DNA of 64,000 bases from NCBI GenBank assembly GCA_001599295.1, contig BCGN01000007.1:632433-696432 (forward strand), written 5' to 3'. The first letter of the stretch is position 1. The number at the start of each line of letters is the position of its first letter. This DNA is from Sporopachydermia quercuum. Lineage: Eukaryota. Both the position numbers and the translations under genes were made by a program. The notes beneath the pieces are model-generated. The model did no database searches, was not told the origin of the DNA, and worked only from the letters and a program-made list of their open reading frames with translations. Below, in pieces: positions 23,821-36,154 of the stretch.

Positions 23821-26490
23821 TCACGAAGGATTGAAAGGTAGAAGTGGGAACCCACTGTCTTCTAAATCAACATCTAACTCCAAATCATTGAACAGGTCAA
23901 AGTGATTGAAACCTGGTGTTGATGTTGAGTGAGGATCGTTGCTATTGTTATTTTTAGAAGTGGAGGCCATTGATGGAAATAGATCTTCATTTTGTTGTTG
24001 CTGTTGTTGCTGGTCACTGTTTTGATACTTCATAGAGCTGTCAGAGTTCAATTTAGCTGAAGAGTTAGACGTAGTGCCATTGTTACCAGTATTTGAGCTA
24101 TTGCTGATACTTTTTATAAGACCATGAGACTGGTTTTGATTGATATGTTCATTATTGTGACTAGGAATGTTCTCACTATGCATTTCGGCACTGTTGTTCA
24201 TAGCAGAACTATCGTTCAAACTCTTTTCCGCGAATTTAAGACTTCCATGATTAATATTATTGTTATTGTTATTACTGTTATTATTTCTGCTTCTTCTAGC
24301 ACTATTTCTATTTCCATTCCCATCTCCATTACTACTATTCGTAGCATTCCAGCTAATACCTTTAGTGAACACTTTATCCCATTCATTGATCATACCACCA
24401 TTGGAATAAATATCCCATCTGTCAAACATATTAACACCTCTATCACTGAAACTTGATTCCGAATGCAATGGATGATGAACAGATACAGGCTCTGAGGCTA
24501 TTTTGGCCGATTGACTGGCTTGTAGATTGGAGTTCAACATATTCAGTTTTTCAAAGATATCCATTTCCACTTCCATTTCTTCGATAGGCATTTCAAACTC
24601 TGGTACGGGTAAAAATGGAACCTCCCTTGGTTTATCATATTCATTGGTGCTAGACATGCTTGTCGAAGATCCTGCACTCTTACCAGTACCTCCTGTAATT
24701 ATTTCATGCAAATCCTCTTTTTGTTTAGAGTCTCTTCCTATTTTATGCAAAGTTTCGAAATTCTGTGCCAAATGGTGATCATCATTGTTCCTGAAATGTG
24801 AATTGTTCTTTTCATAGGTACTAGAGCTGTTGTTAAAGGCATTTTCATTATTACCACCACTATTGCTGTCATTACGACCTGTGAGACTAGTGCTGATACT
24901 GGACGAAGCCAAAGTGTCGGTTTTATAGTAATGTACATGTTTCTCGATCACTACTTTCACACCTAGCTTCCTTGCTAATTCAACTATCTGTTCCGCTTGC
25001 TTGTCACTAGTTGTAAGTGTCTTATCTTCATGAAAACGCTTCAAATCAAGCACTTCACCGTTATGACTATGATACTTATATCTATATTCAATAGAAAAAG
25101 GTAATTCATATTCATCGGAACCACGTGATTTCGTAAGACTACTGTTCATTGATGACGATGGGGCAATATTGACAATTTCTGGCAATGATGGTAAGAGAAT
25201 ACCATTCTGGGCTAAACTGGAGGATGCTGGTTGAGGTGACTGTGAAGACTGAGATGAGTTCGAAGATTGTAGTGGAAAATAGTTAGCTGTATGCAAAGAA
25301 CTCACTGATGAAATGTGGTTTGGAAGTGGATCTGGGCTCTGTTGGTTCAAATTAATAGTATGTTTATAGCTCATGCTTTGCTGGTTACCAGCAAGAGTAC
25401 TCGGATAGGAGTTATGCAATTCTATACTGTTTCTTTCATTCATATTTCCATTGATGGGTTGTGATTCTTGCTTTCGACTTCCTGATAGAGAACAACTACC
25501 TGAACCAGCTGAATTTATGTTGAATGGAGGATTGCTTTCACCTTCATTGATGTCTCCTTCACGATTAATAAGATCACTGAATTTCATTCGTTTGGTTCTC
25601 TCATTTGAAGATCCATCTGACGCTTCACATCGCTTCTTTTGTTGTTTCTTTGTCTTCAGACTCGTTCCAAGATTTAAACATTCATTATTAAGTCTTGCAG
25701 CGGTTACCTCCTTACTAAGCAAATTATTTTTATCGACTTTCCCTCTAACCACATCTCCGACGATTCTTCTCCACCTGTTTCTACATGTTAACCCTGTTCT
25801 GCTTTCCATTTCAAAAGCAATGGCTCTCCATTTCGTACCATACTTTTTAACTTTGGAGACTAGTAGCAAATCCTCTTCTTCTGTCCAAGATCTGAGCCTA
25901 TTTCTATTGCTTGGGTCCAGTACCTCCGAGTATCGCTTAGAACACTGATCATCTGTTCTTCCAGGAATTCCCTTGGCTATTCTATGCCATATGGGACCTA
26001 TAGCAGCATAAGACCGTAGCAGGGCTTCGTCCTCTTCTTTGGTCCATTTGCCCTTTCTTAGACTAGGATCTAGTGAGTTCACCCAACGTTTCCTACAATC
26101 TTTTGGTTTCCTGTCAGGAAAATAAGCAGCAATTTTATCCCATTGTCGAGCTTTCGTTCTGCTAGACAGAGAAGAGCCATCATCAGCAAGTTGGTATGTT
26201 TCTGGGTTATTGGGATTAGATATAGTGAACTGTTCAACCAGAGTTTTCAGTTTCTCATCTTCCTCACGACTCCAGGGTTGTCTATTGTCCCTCTCATATG
26301 TCTGGAAACCTAACGATTTGGTCAAATCCGTAGTAGAAATGCCGGACTTTTTTGTTTTTGAGTCAGCAGATGAAGTAGGGGCGATAGTAGATGAAGCAGG
26401 CTTTACCAATAAATTTATATTTGGAGCTGTATTTGTGACAGTATTTGTTTGATCATTTGATGCAGTTTGAATTGAGGCAGCATTTTCCAT
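23821..26490 (-). CDS. BAS1: Three-repeat Myb transcription factor Bas1
   Basis: KDCRKRWVNSLDPSLRKGKWTKEED, GRTDDQCSKRY and KYGTKWR..TCRNRWRRI match the Bas1 Myb repeats; the protein ends in PFNPS. Confidence 0.9.
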   Translation of the reverse strand: MENAASIQTASNDQTNTVTNTAPNINLLVKPASSTIAPTSSADSKTKKSGISTTDLTKSLGFQTYERDNRQPWSREEDEKLKTLVEQFTISNPNNPETYQLADDGSSLSSRTKARQWDKIAAYFPDRKPKDCRKRWVNSLDPSLRKGKWTKEEDEALLRSYAAIGPIWHRIAKGIPGRTDDQCSKRYSEVLDPSNRNRLRSWTEEEDLLLVSKVKKYGTKWRAIAFEMESRTGLTCRNRWRRIVGDVVRGKVDKNNLLSKEVTAARLNNECLNLGTSLKTKKQQKKRCEASDGSSNERTKRMKFSDLINREGDINEGESNPPFNINSAGSGSCSLSGSRKQESQPINGNMNERNSIELHNSYPSTLAGNQQSMSYKHTINLNQQSPDPLPNHISSVSSLHTANYFPLQSSNSSQSSQSPQPASSSLAQNGILLPSLPEIVNIAPSSSMNSSLTKSRGSDEYELPFSIEYRYKYHSHNGEVLDLKRFHEDKTLTTSDKQAEQIVELARKLGVKVVIEKHVHYYKTDTLASSSISTSLTGRNDSNSGGNNENAFNNSSSTYEKNNSHFRNNDDHHLAQNFETLHKIGRDSKQKEDLHEIITGGTGKSAGSSTSMSSTNEYDKPREVPFLPVPEFEMPIEEMEVEMDIFEKLNMLNSNLQASQSAKIASEPVSVHHPLHSESSFSDRGVNMFDRWDIYSNGGMINEWDKVFTKGISWNATNSSNGDGNGNRNSARRSRNNNSNNNNNNINHGSLKFAEKSLNDSSAMNNSAEMHSENIPSHNNEHINQNQSHGLIKSISNSSNTGNNGTTSNSSAKLNSDSSMKYQNSDQQQQQQQNEDLFPSMASTSKNNNSNDPHSTSTPGFNHFDLFNDLELDVDLEDSGFPLLPFNPS

Positions 26491-28673
26491 TCTGACGGTT
26501 CGGAGATGACGGTTGTTCTCTATGCTATTGTTCTTGTCAGTTGAAGGGTATTTGTCCTGTGGCTACAGAACCTTCATTTCATATTATAGATAATTGTACA
26601 AGATTGAGAGTGTATTTTGATTTATCACTGTTTAGAGTATGAATCTCACAGTTGATTCGATGCAGCTACGATGGGATAGATAGATCTCANCAGACTAGAT
26701 TCAGATATGAAAAATGTACTAATTTTATCCGTTCTTTGTACGTTATATACATCAAATTGAAGTTCCAGATTTCTTTGAAAATACCCTATCATGCATGTTT
26801 GGCTTAGTCAATAATTCAAATAAACAACTGCTGTTGATTCAACTCTCCGTTCTTTCTACTCTTTATTGTCTTTCGACCCTGCATCTTGAGCTTCTTTATG
26901 TGGTTGAAGATAAAGCGACAGAAAGGTTACGGGTTACCGGACAATAAATATATCTAGTGGTATAGTTTCCGTAATTGACGTACATTGTAAGAGAGGAGGT
27001 AGGATATGTAAGGTGCTATTGATGGATAATGGACTTTTCTTAATATTTACAAGTATATATATATATGCACAAGATAGTAGAGCGTGTTTTCATAGTTTCT
27101 GTTCAGAAAAGAAAAAACTAGACGTGCTGCTATTCAATCATGTATTGTATGATAGCAGCTGAGGTTGAAAGGAGTTTAAAGAAAAATTCCTTTTTATTGT
27201 CATCGTAATCCGATTTACTTACTCAGAGTTAAAAGTGTTCTAGACTTGTATAANATAATTAAGCATTGTGATTTAAATAAATATAACAAAATGTTTCTTA
27301 ATAATCGTCAAGCATAGTTGTTCTAACCTCTCCAAAAGTTTCTCGATTTCTTTTCGCAGATCAAAAATCTTTTGGAGAGACCTATTGTTGATCCACAGCC
27401 AAGTCTCTTAGACCCCGCAAAAACTTATTCCTAATAGCAAAAACCTTGTGATTATAAAACCGGACAAATGAGAAGACAACAATAAAAATTTCGGATCTCT
27501 TATGCAATTCTCTGCTAATGGACTGGGATTTAGTATTGACGACTGAGGCACAACATTTTGTATGAATAAGGACAACTAGAATAGTAACCAATTTACATTC
27601 GAACATTTATTTGCATTTACATTTATATGATTTAGGTAAACTTTCTATATCAACTGCACACCGAGAATCAAGCACAGTCAACTCAAACAGAAACCTTTAA
27701 TTTGCTCTTCGCAGCGTTCCATGACCCTCAAACTATAAGGAAGGTTGGGGTTTTGGTAAATTGCTGCGTTGTAGTTATACTACAAGCAATTGTGCCATTA
27801 GTTAAGCTCAATATTTATTATTAAAAATCTACATTTAATTCAATGGGTTTATGAGTGGATTCTAAGATTTGGAGCAGTTTTGGTAAGAATCATCAACACT
27901 TATTCAATGGAAATGTAATCTTGCTAGTTTGGTTGATCACCCGTTGAACGGGATCATAGAAACATTAAACAAACAATGATTGAATATTATTGATTGTATT
28001 TGATCATCAACATTCAAAATAGCTCGATCCAACTTTACAACTTTACTACTGTTGTCATCATTCAAGTTGGAAACCTTCTTATAAAGCATTGGATGCGATA
28101 ACGGGAAAGAAAGGAATGGGAAGTTCTTCACTAGAAAAAAGTCCTTTTATAGAGTAATGGAAATTAGGTCACCCATTTCTGCAAGTATATGCGGGAATAT
28201 GCCGTACATACGTGCTCCTTACATTGTAAGGGTTCGTTCACCTTTGCTGCTTCACTTCAATTCACACTTTGATACCTGATACTATTTGAGCTGCCAAAAT
28301 AACAAGAAAAAAGATCAAACATACTGAAATAAAATTTAAAGTCCCATTCAACAATTATTATCTATTTATAAATAATATCAAAACCAATTATCAACAGCAT
28401 CGTTTTATCTGCTTCGGGTCTCGTCTCAGCAGCGTCCTAGTTACTGTCCCTTGTTTAATATTTTTCATTATGACAGAAATTTCATTGTCCCGTAGAATTT
28501 TTTCTTTTGTTATAAGAAGAATTATTAACAAAGAAGTAGAAAGATGTAGTTCTAGGTAGACGCTTACATTATTAACGATATCTACAAACAGATAAATATA
28601 ATAATGATAAATTATGATATTTGAAACATTTCTGGCTTCTTTTTGAAATTTGAACCGTTGAACAAGCGACGTC

Positions 28674-29423
28674 ATGACTGAAAGCAACGAAACAATACCA
28701 GCATGGAAAAGGTTGGGTTTGAATGTGAAAGCAAAAATCAATGAGGATCCTCTAGCGCTAGCTTCTTACATCCCTGGAAGCAGCAAAGAACCGAAAGGTA
28801 AGAAAAGCAATAAAAAGGAAACAAAGATATCACTAGGAGGGTCTGGGAAGGCTTTAAAAATCAAGAAGCCATCAAAAAGAGTGAAACTACCGAAAGAACA
28901 AAGGCCAGCTCCTCCAGAGAAAGATCAATTAGCATATCTACGACAGTATCATCATGATAAGGACAATTGGAAATTCTCCAAGCAGAAACAGAATTGGATC
29001 ATCAAAAATGTTTTTACCATACCAAATTCATATGAAGAAGAACTGAAAGTGTACATAGTAGGACTGATGGGTGGATCAAGAGAACGAGTGAAAGAAGAGG
29101 TGAAGAAAGTGTTAGAAAGATGGACTCAGCATTTTGAGAGCGCAAATTCAGATATTAAGGTAGATTCAAAGATTGCAGTGCAAACAGATGGAAAAGATGA
29201 CAAAGAAGACGAGGGAAATTCTAGCACAGAAGAAGGAGAGAATAACGGAAAACTTTCAGCAGAAGTCAAGAATACTGAGAAAGGAAGCAAGAAAGGAGCA
29301 CAAAAGGAAGAGGAAGAAAGATCTGATGTTCCTGAGTATCCAGCTGTAGTCAGAGCTAAAATGCTCTACGAAGCCTTGACAATGGAATCAGTTGAGGTAC
29401 CAGGCATAGATGTGGACCTATAG
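28674..29423 (+). CDS. RBP95: WKF-domain ribosome biogenesis protein (YCR016W/Rbp95-like)
   Basis: N-terminal IPAWKRLGL and WKF domain LAYLRQY...NWKFSKQKQNWIIKN; near POL4/CTO1 as in S. cerevisiae. Confidence 0.85.
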   Translation: MTESNETIPAWKRLGLNVKAKINEDPLALASYIPGSSKEPKGKKSNKKETKISLGGSGKALKIKKPSKRVKLPKEQRPAPPEKDQLAYLRQYHHDKDNWKFSKQKQNWIIKNVFTIPNSYEEELKVYIVGLMGGSRERVKEEVKKVLERWTQHFESANSDIKVDSKIAVQTDGKDDKEDEGNSSTEEGENNGKLSAEVKNTEKGSKKGAQKEEEERSDVPEYPAVVRAKMLYEALTMESVEVPGIDVDL

Positions 29424-30489
29424 ATAGGAAAATGGGTTGACATGTAGCACAGGACACCAAGTTGTTAGAAACGTTATGTATTATAAATTTCGAAAAAGCT
29501 ATTCAGTACTGTTTTCTTCTGATACGGGAATACACTCTATCTTTTGTAGACTTGGCGTGATCTGACTATTAGAGCGTCAAATGCTTCAGGAGCAGTATGA
29601 AAGGTATGAGAGACTCNTAAAAGTAAACCAGTTCCAATTTCTTCCACAGAACTACACCGGTATTGGAACTAACGGATAGTAATAAATCTATTTGACGAGT
29701 TGAATATTTGACTCGATATTAGTTCTTTCTCCATGTTATATATATATGTTCGTTGAGTATATTTGATTAATTTAATCCTCTTGTCCTCGAACGATATGCA
29801 TTATTTATGCAATGTCGAAACTTAAAATCAAAACTCACATGTACAATTGAAGAGCGCATNACTGTTGTTTAGCATCAATGCCACTCAAAAAGGTTTCTGA
29901 ATTAAGTAATATATTAGCATCTTATATCGTCTACAAAAAATTAAAGTATTAATAACTTTTTCTACCGACATAAAAGGTGCTAATCGAGCTATCAAATCAA
30001 TGCGTTTCTCTTCTTTTTCTCATTCAATTGAGTTTCATTTTGAACCCACATGCATGAAATTGCATATTTACCAATCTTCATCTCAATACAAAGCCAAGCT
30101 GCTCTTACTACACAACAATAGCCCTACAATGAATTGAAAACTTGAAGAAACAAGCTCCAACTTTTGTCATTTACTATAAAAGAAATTATTGTTGGCAATA
30201 CTTTAGATTTCAGATTTCAGGTTGCATTTTTTTCTCATCTTCTTTATTAGCAACTACAACCTGAACACTTTAACTGCCTTAACTCCTAGCGCAGTATCCT
30301 TGCATAAATTCTTGAACCTTATTTTGATTTTCTGTCCCAATATCGATTCTCAACAATTATGACCACTCTCTACTTCAACTGTAGGTGCTCTTTTTGACAA
30401 AGAATAACTAATTCAACAGTTAAGTCGACCAGGACTAGCTGAAATCTATAAAGAACTATCAAGAAGCAAGCATCCTCGCAGGTAGCAAA

Positions 30490-33400
30490 ATGTCAGCAAA
30501 TATTAACCAGCACGTAATCGAAAACATTGTGTATAAATGTGACGCCCTAGACTCTGATATCCGGTTTATGGCATTCAGTGATCTAGCTTCATTATTATCA
30601 GAACACGGAAAACTCATCAGAACACATAAAACATGGATTAATGCTCTAGCAGCACCTTTAGTGGCCCATTTAGATGATACCAACTCTGATGTTCAAAACC
30701 AGGTAGTCAAATGCTTTGCTCCGTTTGTACGACTATGCGATGCTTCTGTGGCTATTTCTCTAATTCAATCATTAGTAGGTAAAGCTTGCAAGGTTACGTC
30801 TACATCTACTGTTACTACGTCTACAACTACAACTGCTGTGCGGGCGCTTCTGCTTAACGTTTCTTTATCAAGAGCTCATGTGAGAGCATTGATCGAAAAA
30901 CTATTAGACATTCTGCTTGTTCAAGACGTGTATCAATCATTAGACGTAGTAGAGATACTCTCACATCTACTGAATAGATATGGGGTTTTCTTTACTGAAG
31001 AAGAACTAGCAAGAACTGTTTCACTGTTGATCAAAGTATCATACAAAGGAGAAAGCATTGTAAGGAAAAGGTCTATTCTAGGCGTCAGTTTAGTTGCTAA
31101 ATATGCATCAGATGAACTGTTGGCTTCAATATATGAACAGATCTCTTCCCAGTATGAATCATTCTCATCATCAGGTCAAGATGCAGCAATCACAAGACTC
31201 GTGTTGATTGCATATACTTGCAAGAATGATCCTTCTAGGTATACACCATTTATAGATTCAACGATGAAGATTATCATACAATCTTTGCATATGGATGCAC
31301 TAGAACTGGATGACATTGAGCTCATTTCGGAGTATGACGAAGTGAGAGAAGCTGCTCTTACAACTCTGGACACTTTGCTGAAAATTGGACCTACTTGCTC
31401 CGAGCCATACTTACAGGATATTCTATCTATCTGCCGTGTCTTTTTNAGCTACAATCCTAATTTAGTTCAGGTAAACTCTGATTCTGATTNTAATTCTGAA
31501 GCTGGTGATGATGATGAAGATGACGAATCTATGAACGAATTGTCCAATGATGAAGACGAAGAAGAGTTTGAAGTCGATGAGGACGAATTTGACGATTTTG
31601 CGGACATCAGCTGGAAAATAAGACGGTTTGCCCTAAAGGTCGTTGTCACTTTGGTTGAACTATCATCTTCTTCTGCCCGAACAGGTATTCTTGAGACACT
31701 TCTACCAGATCTTCTGTCCCGATTGCTAGAAGAAGTAGAATCCGTTAAGATAGAAGTAATTGCTACTTTGGGAACCATTGTGTCTATAGTTGGAAGTTTT
31801 GAGGCTTCGGAAAAGGTATCAAGTTCCACTGAGGGAGCATTGGATTTCAAGTCTAGAAGAGGGTCTGATGTTAGTATGCTTGTAGCATCGACAGAAACTG
31901 ATCAAAAGACAATGTTGACCAGTTTTGTCCCAGAGTTAGTTAAAACCATCACTCGTGATTTAGGCAATAAATCATTGTCGGCATCAGAAACTGAAGCCTA
32001 TATGGGTTTAGCTATTGTCTTAGTTACTGAGCTTGATGACGAGGGTGCCATCACAGGATCTTCCATTACTGATTTGATCACAGTAATCCATAATACAACT
32101 ACCTGCTCTTCTACCGGTGCTAAACGTAGAAAACCAGGTCTTTCTCTTCAAGCATTAAATTTTTACTCTGCTGCAGTTGCAAAACAAGGATTCACCAATA
32201 TTTCCAGTTGTATAGGTTTCATTCTTCAAGACATTGCTGCCATTGATGATACAAATCATACAGTGTTATTAACTATATTGTCATTAGCTACAGAGATCAT
32301 TGAATCCTTGAGACAGTATGCCAGATGTAATCCTCTGACTTTGGACATCATAGACCCTTTTTCTTTGGTATTAGAAATAGCGAAAGGAAAGGCAGTGTCC
32401 ATAGAAAGCGATGGAGAAACAAGAGAACATTGTATTGAACTACTGGCAAAAATGGTCTCTGTTCCTATAGAAATCAACAGGCAGCTTCAACAATCAGTTC
32501 TTGATTCGTTGATTAATACTCTTCAAACGGAATCAACTATGCGCAGTAGTATTATTGCAGTGGAAACTATTGCTAGTAACACAACATTATCTGTTGACGA
32601 TAGAGAATGGCTCAACGAAGCTACCAGGATAATCAGTACTATGGGCTATAAATCGAACTCTGAGGTGAAACTGCAAGTACTGGAAGCTTTATATGCTATT
32701 TCAAAGCATTCAAACTTGTTAGACCCTTCTACTACAATTGCTGGTGTTGTGGAGAGTATCCTGAACACTTTGCCTCAGATTGGGCTTAGAATGAATGTTG
32801 AAACCATTGATGTTGTTAAAGCAGCTTCTGAAGCCAAGCTCATATCTTTGGGACTAAGAACGGTTCTAAATCTATTACAAGGACTTCCATCTGACAGTAC
32901 CGTTTTTACCCAAGTTTTCTCGTTTATCTGTGATACTTTGAACTCATTGAGTGTTTTAGACCCTATAATAACTGACTTGAGAAAGACTGTTGTCCGGATA
33001 GTTAGGAGAATCGCTGCCTCAACGGGACAAGCAGAAAGCTTGTATAATACCACATTGGAAAACAATGAAATTAGTACCTCTTCCGCCAATGTGATCCATA
33101 TCATCTCTGGTTTGATTGTTGAAGGTAATCTGTTCTCTGCAGTTGAGAAGTATAAAAGAATTGTGGTAGAATCGAAAGACGAAAAGCAATTAAGTGTTAG
33201 CCTTCAGATATTAGGACAAGTAGCAAAAGAAATCAAACAAATTGATCTTGCACCTGATGTGCTTTACGAGAAGATATTTGCCTCTAATAGTCATGAAGAA
33301 GTTAAAACAGCGGCAGCAGAAGCATTGGGTGATTTGGTCTCAAGGAACATTCCTGAACTGTTTCCTAAAATCACTGAAAAGCTGATAACTGGTGATGAAA

Positions 33401-34644
33401 ACTCCAGACAGTATTTGGTTATTGCTATGAACGAAGTAGTCAGTGTTTTATACGAAACAGCAAGCAATTACAAAGATCCAGTGGAGATTTCTAATTTACT
33501 ATGGGACAGTCTATTTACTGTTTTACAACAAGAAGACTCAGATACTAAATCAGAAACCGATCAAAATGGTAAAAGTGGAATTCATAATAACAATAGTGCC
33601 GTAGAAAGCAATTCGATCTATGAGCAGATCGGTAAATTGTTGTTATTAAACCCTGGTAAGATCAAAGAATGTAAAAAGCTTGTTGAAAATAAAGGTTTTA
33701 TTACTAGGAAATGTATAATTGGTGCTATTAAATTTACCCTTAGTTATAACGAATGGGACAGCACTAAAGAAGAAACAGAGCGTTATCAAGTATTCCAACA
33801 AGATCTGCAATCAACAATATTTAATATTTTCATTGTTTTGCTTAGAATGGAGACTTCAAGTGTTGATATTCTCATTGACAAGCAATTGACTCTGTCAGTG
33901 ATTATTTCAACTCTTCAGAATAATGCTAACTTGTTACTGAATAATCCTAGATTGGTCTATGATTTACTACCTTTGATCTATAAAGAATTGACTATTGATA
34001 AGAGTTTTGTCCGTGTTATTAAAATGGGACCTTTTTCCCATAAAATCGATGATGGTTTGGAAACTCGTAAAGCTGCATATGAATGTTTGTATACATTGTG
34101 TACTGCTATTTCTATCAATCCTAGTGGCTCTGCCACTATAAGACACACTTTGATAGCTAGTCTTAAAGATATCATGAAACATGTTTTAACGTCGGGTCTC
34201 AGTGATGACCAAGAGATTATTGTTCTTAGTTGTGTGATTATCTCGAGAGTTGCTCAGCTGGATATAACAGTTTTGTCTGCGCCTTTTGACTCTGAACCCC
34301 CAGTGAAAAAAATTATTGAAGTTATCATTGATATGTTCTCTAAGCTTATCAATAAAAAGCTGAAAGCTGACTCTATTAAACAAGAGATAGATAAGCAACA
34401 GGAAATTGAACGCAATGTAACGAAGTGTGTGTATCAGATCACGAAGATTATACGTGGCGTTGGATCGAATGTATCTAAGACCAAAGAAACTCTTCATTCT
34501 TTACCTGATGAATCATCGCCGGATGAAATATTAGAAAAGACAAAGCTAGGAGCTGCTCAACTTGGTGAATGGCATCGGTTCTCCACTGATCTATTCAGTA
34601 AAAATCAAGCTTACATTGCTGATTTGAAAGAGCAGAGTGTCTAA
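30490..34644 (+). CDS. Cullin-associated NEDD8-dissociated protein 1 (CAND1/TIP120), HEAT repeats
   Basis: N-terminal DSDIRFMAFSDL and LDDTNSDVQNQVVKC; acidic loop followed by DISWKIRR; TIP120 C-terminus RVIKMGPFSHKIDDGLETRKAAYECLYTL. Confidence 0.93.
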   Translation: MSANINQHVIENIVYKCDALDSDIRFMAFSDLASLLSEHGKLIRTHKTWINALAAPLVAHLDDTNSDVQNQVVKCFAPFVRLCDASVAISLIQSLVGKACKVTSTSTVTTSTTTTAVRALLLNVSLSRAHVRALIEKLLDILLVQDVYQSLDVVEILSHLLNRYGVFFTEEELARTVSLLIKVSYKGESIVRKRSILGVSLVAKYASDELLASIYEQISSQYESFSSSGQDAAITRLVLIAYTCKNDPSRYTPFIDSTMKIIIQSLHMDALELDDIELISEYDEVREAALTTLDTLLKIGPTCSEPYLQDILSICRVFXSYNPNLVQVNSDSDXNSEAGDDDEDDESMNELSNDEDEEEFEVDEDEFDDFADISWKIRRFALKVVVTLVELSSSSARTGILETLLPDLLSRLLEEVESVKIEVIATLGTIVSIVGSFEASEKVSSSTEGALDFKSRRGSDVSMLVASTETDQKTMLTSFVPELVKTITRDLGNKSLSASETEAYMGLAIVLVTELDDEGAITGSSITDLITVIHNTTTCSSTGAKRRKPGLSLQALNFYSAAVAKQGFTNISSCIGFILQDIAAIDDTNHTVLLTILSLATEIIESLRQYARCNPLTLDIIDPFSLVLEIAKGKAVSIESDGETREHCIELLAKMVSVPIEINRQLQQSVLDSLINTLQTESTMRSSIIAVETIASNTTLSVDDREWLNEATRIISTMGYKSNSEVKLQVLEALYAISKHSNLLDPSTTIAGVVESILNTLPQIGLRMNVETIDVVKAASEAKLISLGLRTVLNLLQGLPSDSTVFTQVFSFICDTLNSLSVLDPIITDLRKTVVRIVRRIAASTGQAESLYNTTLENNEISTSSANVIHIISGLIVEGNLFSAVEKYKRIVVESKDEKQLSVSLQILGQVAKEIKQIDLAPDVLYEKIFASNSHEEVKTAAAEALGDLVSRNIPELFPKITEKLITGDENSRQYLVIAMNEVVSVLYETASNYKDPVEISNLLWDSLFTVLQQEDSDTKSETDQNGKSGIHNNNSAVESNSIYEQIGKLLLLNPGKIKECKKLVENKGFITRKCIIGAIKFTLSYNEWDSTKEETERYQVFQQDLQSTIFNIFIVLLRMETSSVDILIDKQLTLSVIISTLQNNANLLLNNPRLVYDLLPLIYKELTIDKSFVRVIKMGPFSHKIDDGLETRKAAYECLYTLCTAISINPSGSATIRHTLIASLKDIMKHVLTSGLSDDQEIIVLSCVIISRVAQLDITVLSAPFDSEPPVKKIIEVIIDMFSKLINKKLKADSIKQEIDKQQEIERNVTKCVYQITKIIRGVGSNVSKTKETLHSLPDESSPDEILEKTKLGAAQLGEWHRFSTDLFSKNQAYIADLKEQSV

Positions 34645-34912
34645 CAAATGAAATGGCTATAGACCGGTTTCAATATGGGAATTTAGGTAGTTTTGTTCCT
34701 TCAACAGTTACGATATGTCTGATAATGATATAATCAATAATGTTACATTGAAGTATTATGATATTAATTAATACTTGCGTAATCTATATTCGTTCCCACT
34801 CATTGATTTGATTGATTAGTCACTTATATCAAATGATTTGCTATTCAGTAACTACAAGAGGTCATTTCTAGTTAATATTTTTACATACTCTTATAATTTA
34901 TCAGATAGCTAA

Positions 34913-36154
34913 CTACAAATTCTTCAACACTGTATCTCTACCGAAGTTTAATAGCTTGAACCTTGAAAGGTAATCATCTCTATTGATGTAAGCACCACAC
35001 ATTCTTCTTGATCCTTCATATGCAGTACGGCCATGAAGGACTCTCCAATTATCAAATATGAGGCAAGTTCCAGGCTCTAAGGGTTTAGTAAATTCATGTT
35101 CAGGTCGAGTAAGAATATCCTTCCAATGCCTGATAGCTCGGTAGAAATGAAGCACTGTTTCTTTAGGATCACCAGGGAAAATATCCATAGTAGACCTATC
35201 ATCATTGTTCCATCTGACTTGATTCAACTCGCCAGTGACAGGGTCGTGATTAAAAATAGGTTCGGGAGTCTCCGGGATAATGCAGACAGATTCTTCGCCA
35301 GCTGAATGAGCAGGAATTCTTATTGATGATAATAATTCATAATGCTCAGCGTTTTCTTTTTTCAAGACTTCAGCGCAATAAAAAGTATCTACCAATGGTG
35401 TATGGCCCCCAGTACCATCGTGATATAATAAATGAAATAACTGTAATCCTGGNGTGTCCGTCCAATATGTTCCATCCGTATGGGTAGCTAAAGCAAGATT
35501 CGTGTAAGCAGTATCATGTTTAGCTAAATCAGCAGTGAAATCCCAAAACCCCCCATAATGTGTGGGTCTTACGTATGCTAAGCGTTCAACAAGCTTTTCA
35601 GTATCCTCAGGTGTTACCGGCACGTTCTTCACGAAGGAAAACCCATATACGAATATGTTCTTTGTCCATTGTTTAACTCCTTCATCAGAAGACATGACAT
35701 CGTTATAGTCAACAGTTGGTAGATTGTCTTTGATATAGTTGGTATCCCATAGCTTCTTCTCCAGATTCACTGACTCATCTTTAGACTTATTTCCTGTCTT
35801 TAGGACAAGAATAGGATCGTAAGAATGAAGAGCTAGCCAGTCCAAATTGTATGTTGATTTATGGCCATCCCGATCTGACCACGCGATCTGTATTCTATCA
35901 GTCCCCACAGGAGAGACATTTGATGCTTTGATGTCCTCTGGGATAGCGAATGTATTATGAAGTCTTTGCTTTGTTATAGGATGGAAACAATCATCACATT
36001 GACAGTAATCTCTAAGCCATATATTATGGAAATGTGAAGTTTTGTCGTTGTTCCAAGTGATCTTTACAAATGTATCATCGTGGTCAATGGATTCAACCTT
36101 CAAGTTATACTCCGGGCTCTCTATGTTGAGAGTAGTAGTAGCAGTATTGGTCAT
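34913..36154 (-). CDS. Trimethyllysine dioxygenase (carnitine biosynthesis; Fe/2OG TauD family)
   Basis: N-terminal WLRDYCQCDDCFHPITKQR; THYGGFWDF; HTDGTYW..PGLQLFH; RWNNDDRS; DNWRVLHGRTAY..RRMCGAYI. Confidence 0.92.
   Translation of the reverse strand: MTNTATTTLNIESPEYNLKVESIDHDDTFVKITWNNDKTSHFHNIWLRDYCQCDDCFHPITKQRLHNTFAIPEDIKASNVSPVGTDRIQIAWSDRDGHKSTYNLDWLALHSYDPILVLKTGNKSKDESVNLEKKLWDTNYIKDNLPTVDYNDVMSSDEGVKQWTKNIFVYGFSFVKNVPVTPEDTEKLVERLAYVRPTHYGGFWDFTADLAKHDTAYTNLALATHTDGTYWTDXPGLQLFHLLYHDGTGGHTPLVDTFYCAEVLKKENAEHYELLSSIRIPAHSAGEESVCIIPETPEPIFNHDPVTGELNQVRWNNDDRSTMDIFPGDPKETVLHFYRAIRHWKDILTRPEHEFTKPLEPGTCLIFDNWRVLHGRTAYEGSRRMCGAYINRDDYLSRFKLLNFGRDTVLKNL

Noticed and set aside
27382..28131. 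Short minus-strand ORFs between BAS1 and RBP95, considered as a transposase or pseudogene
   Set aside because: No recognisable catalytic or dimerisation motif.
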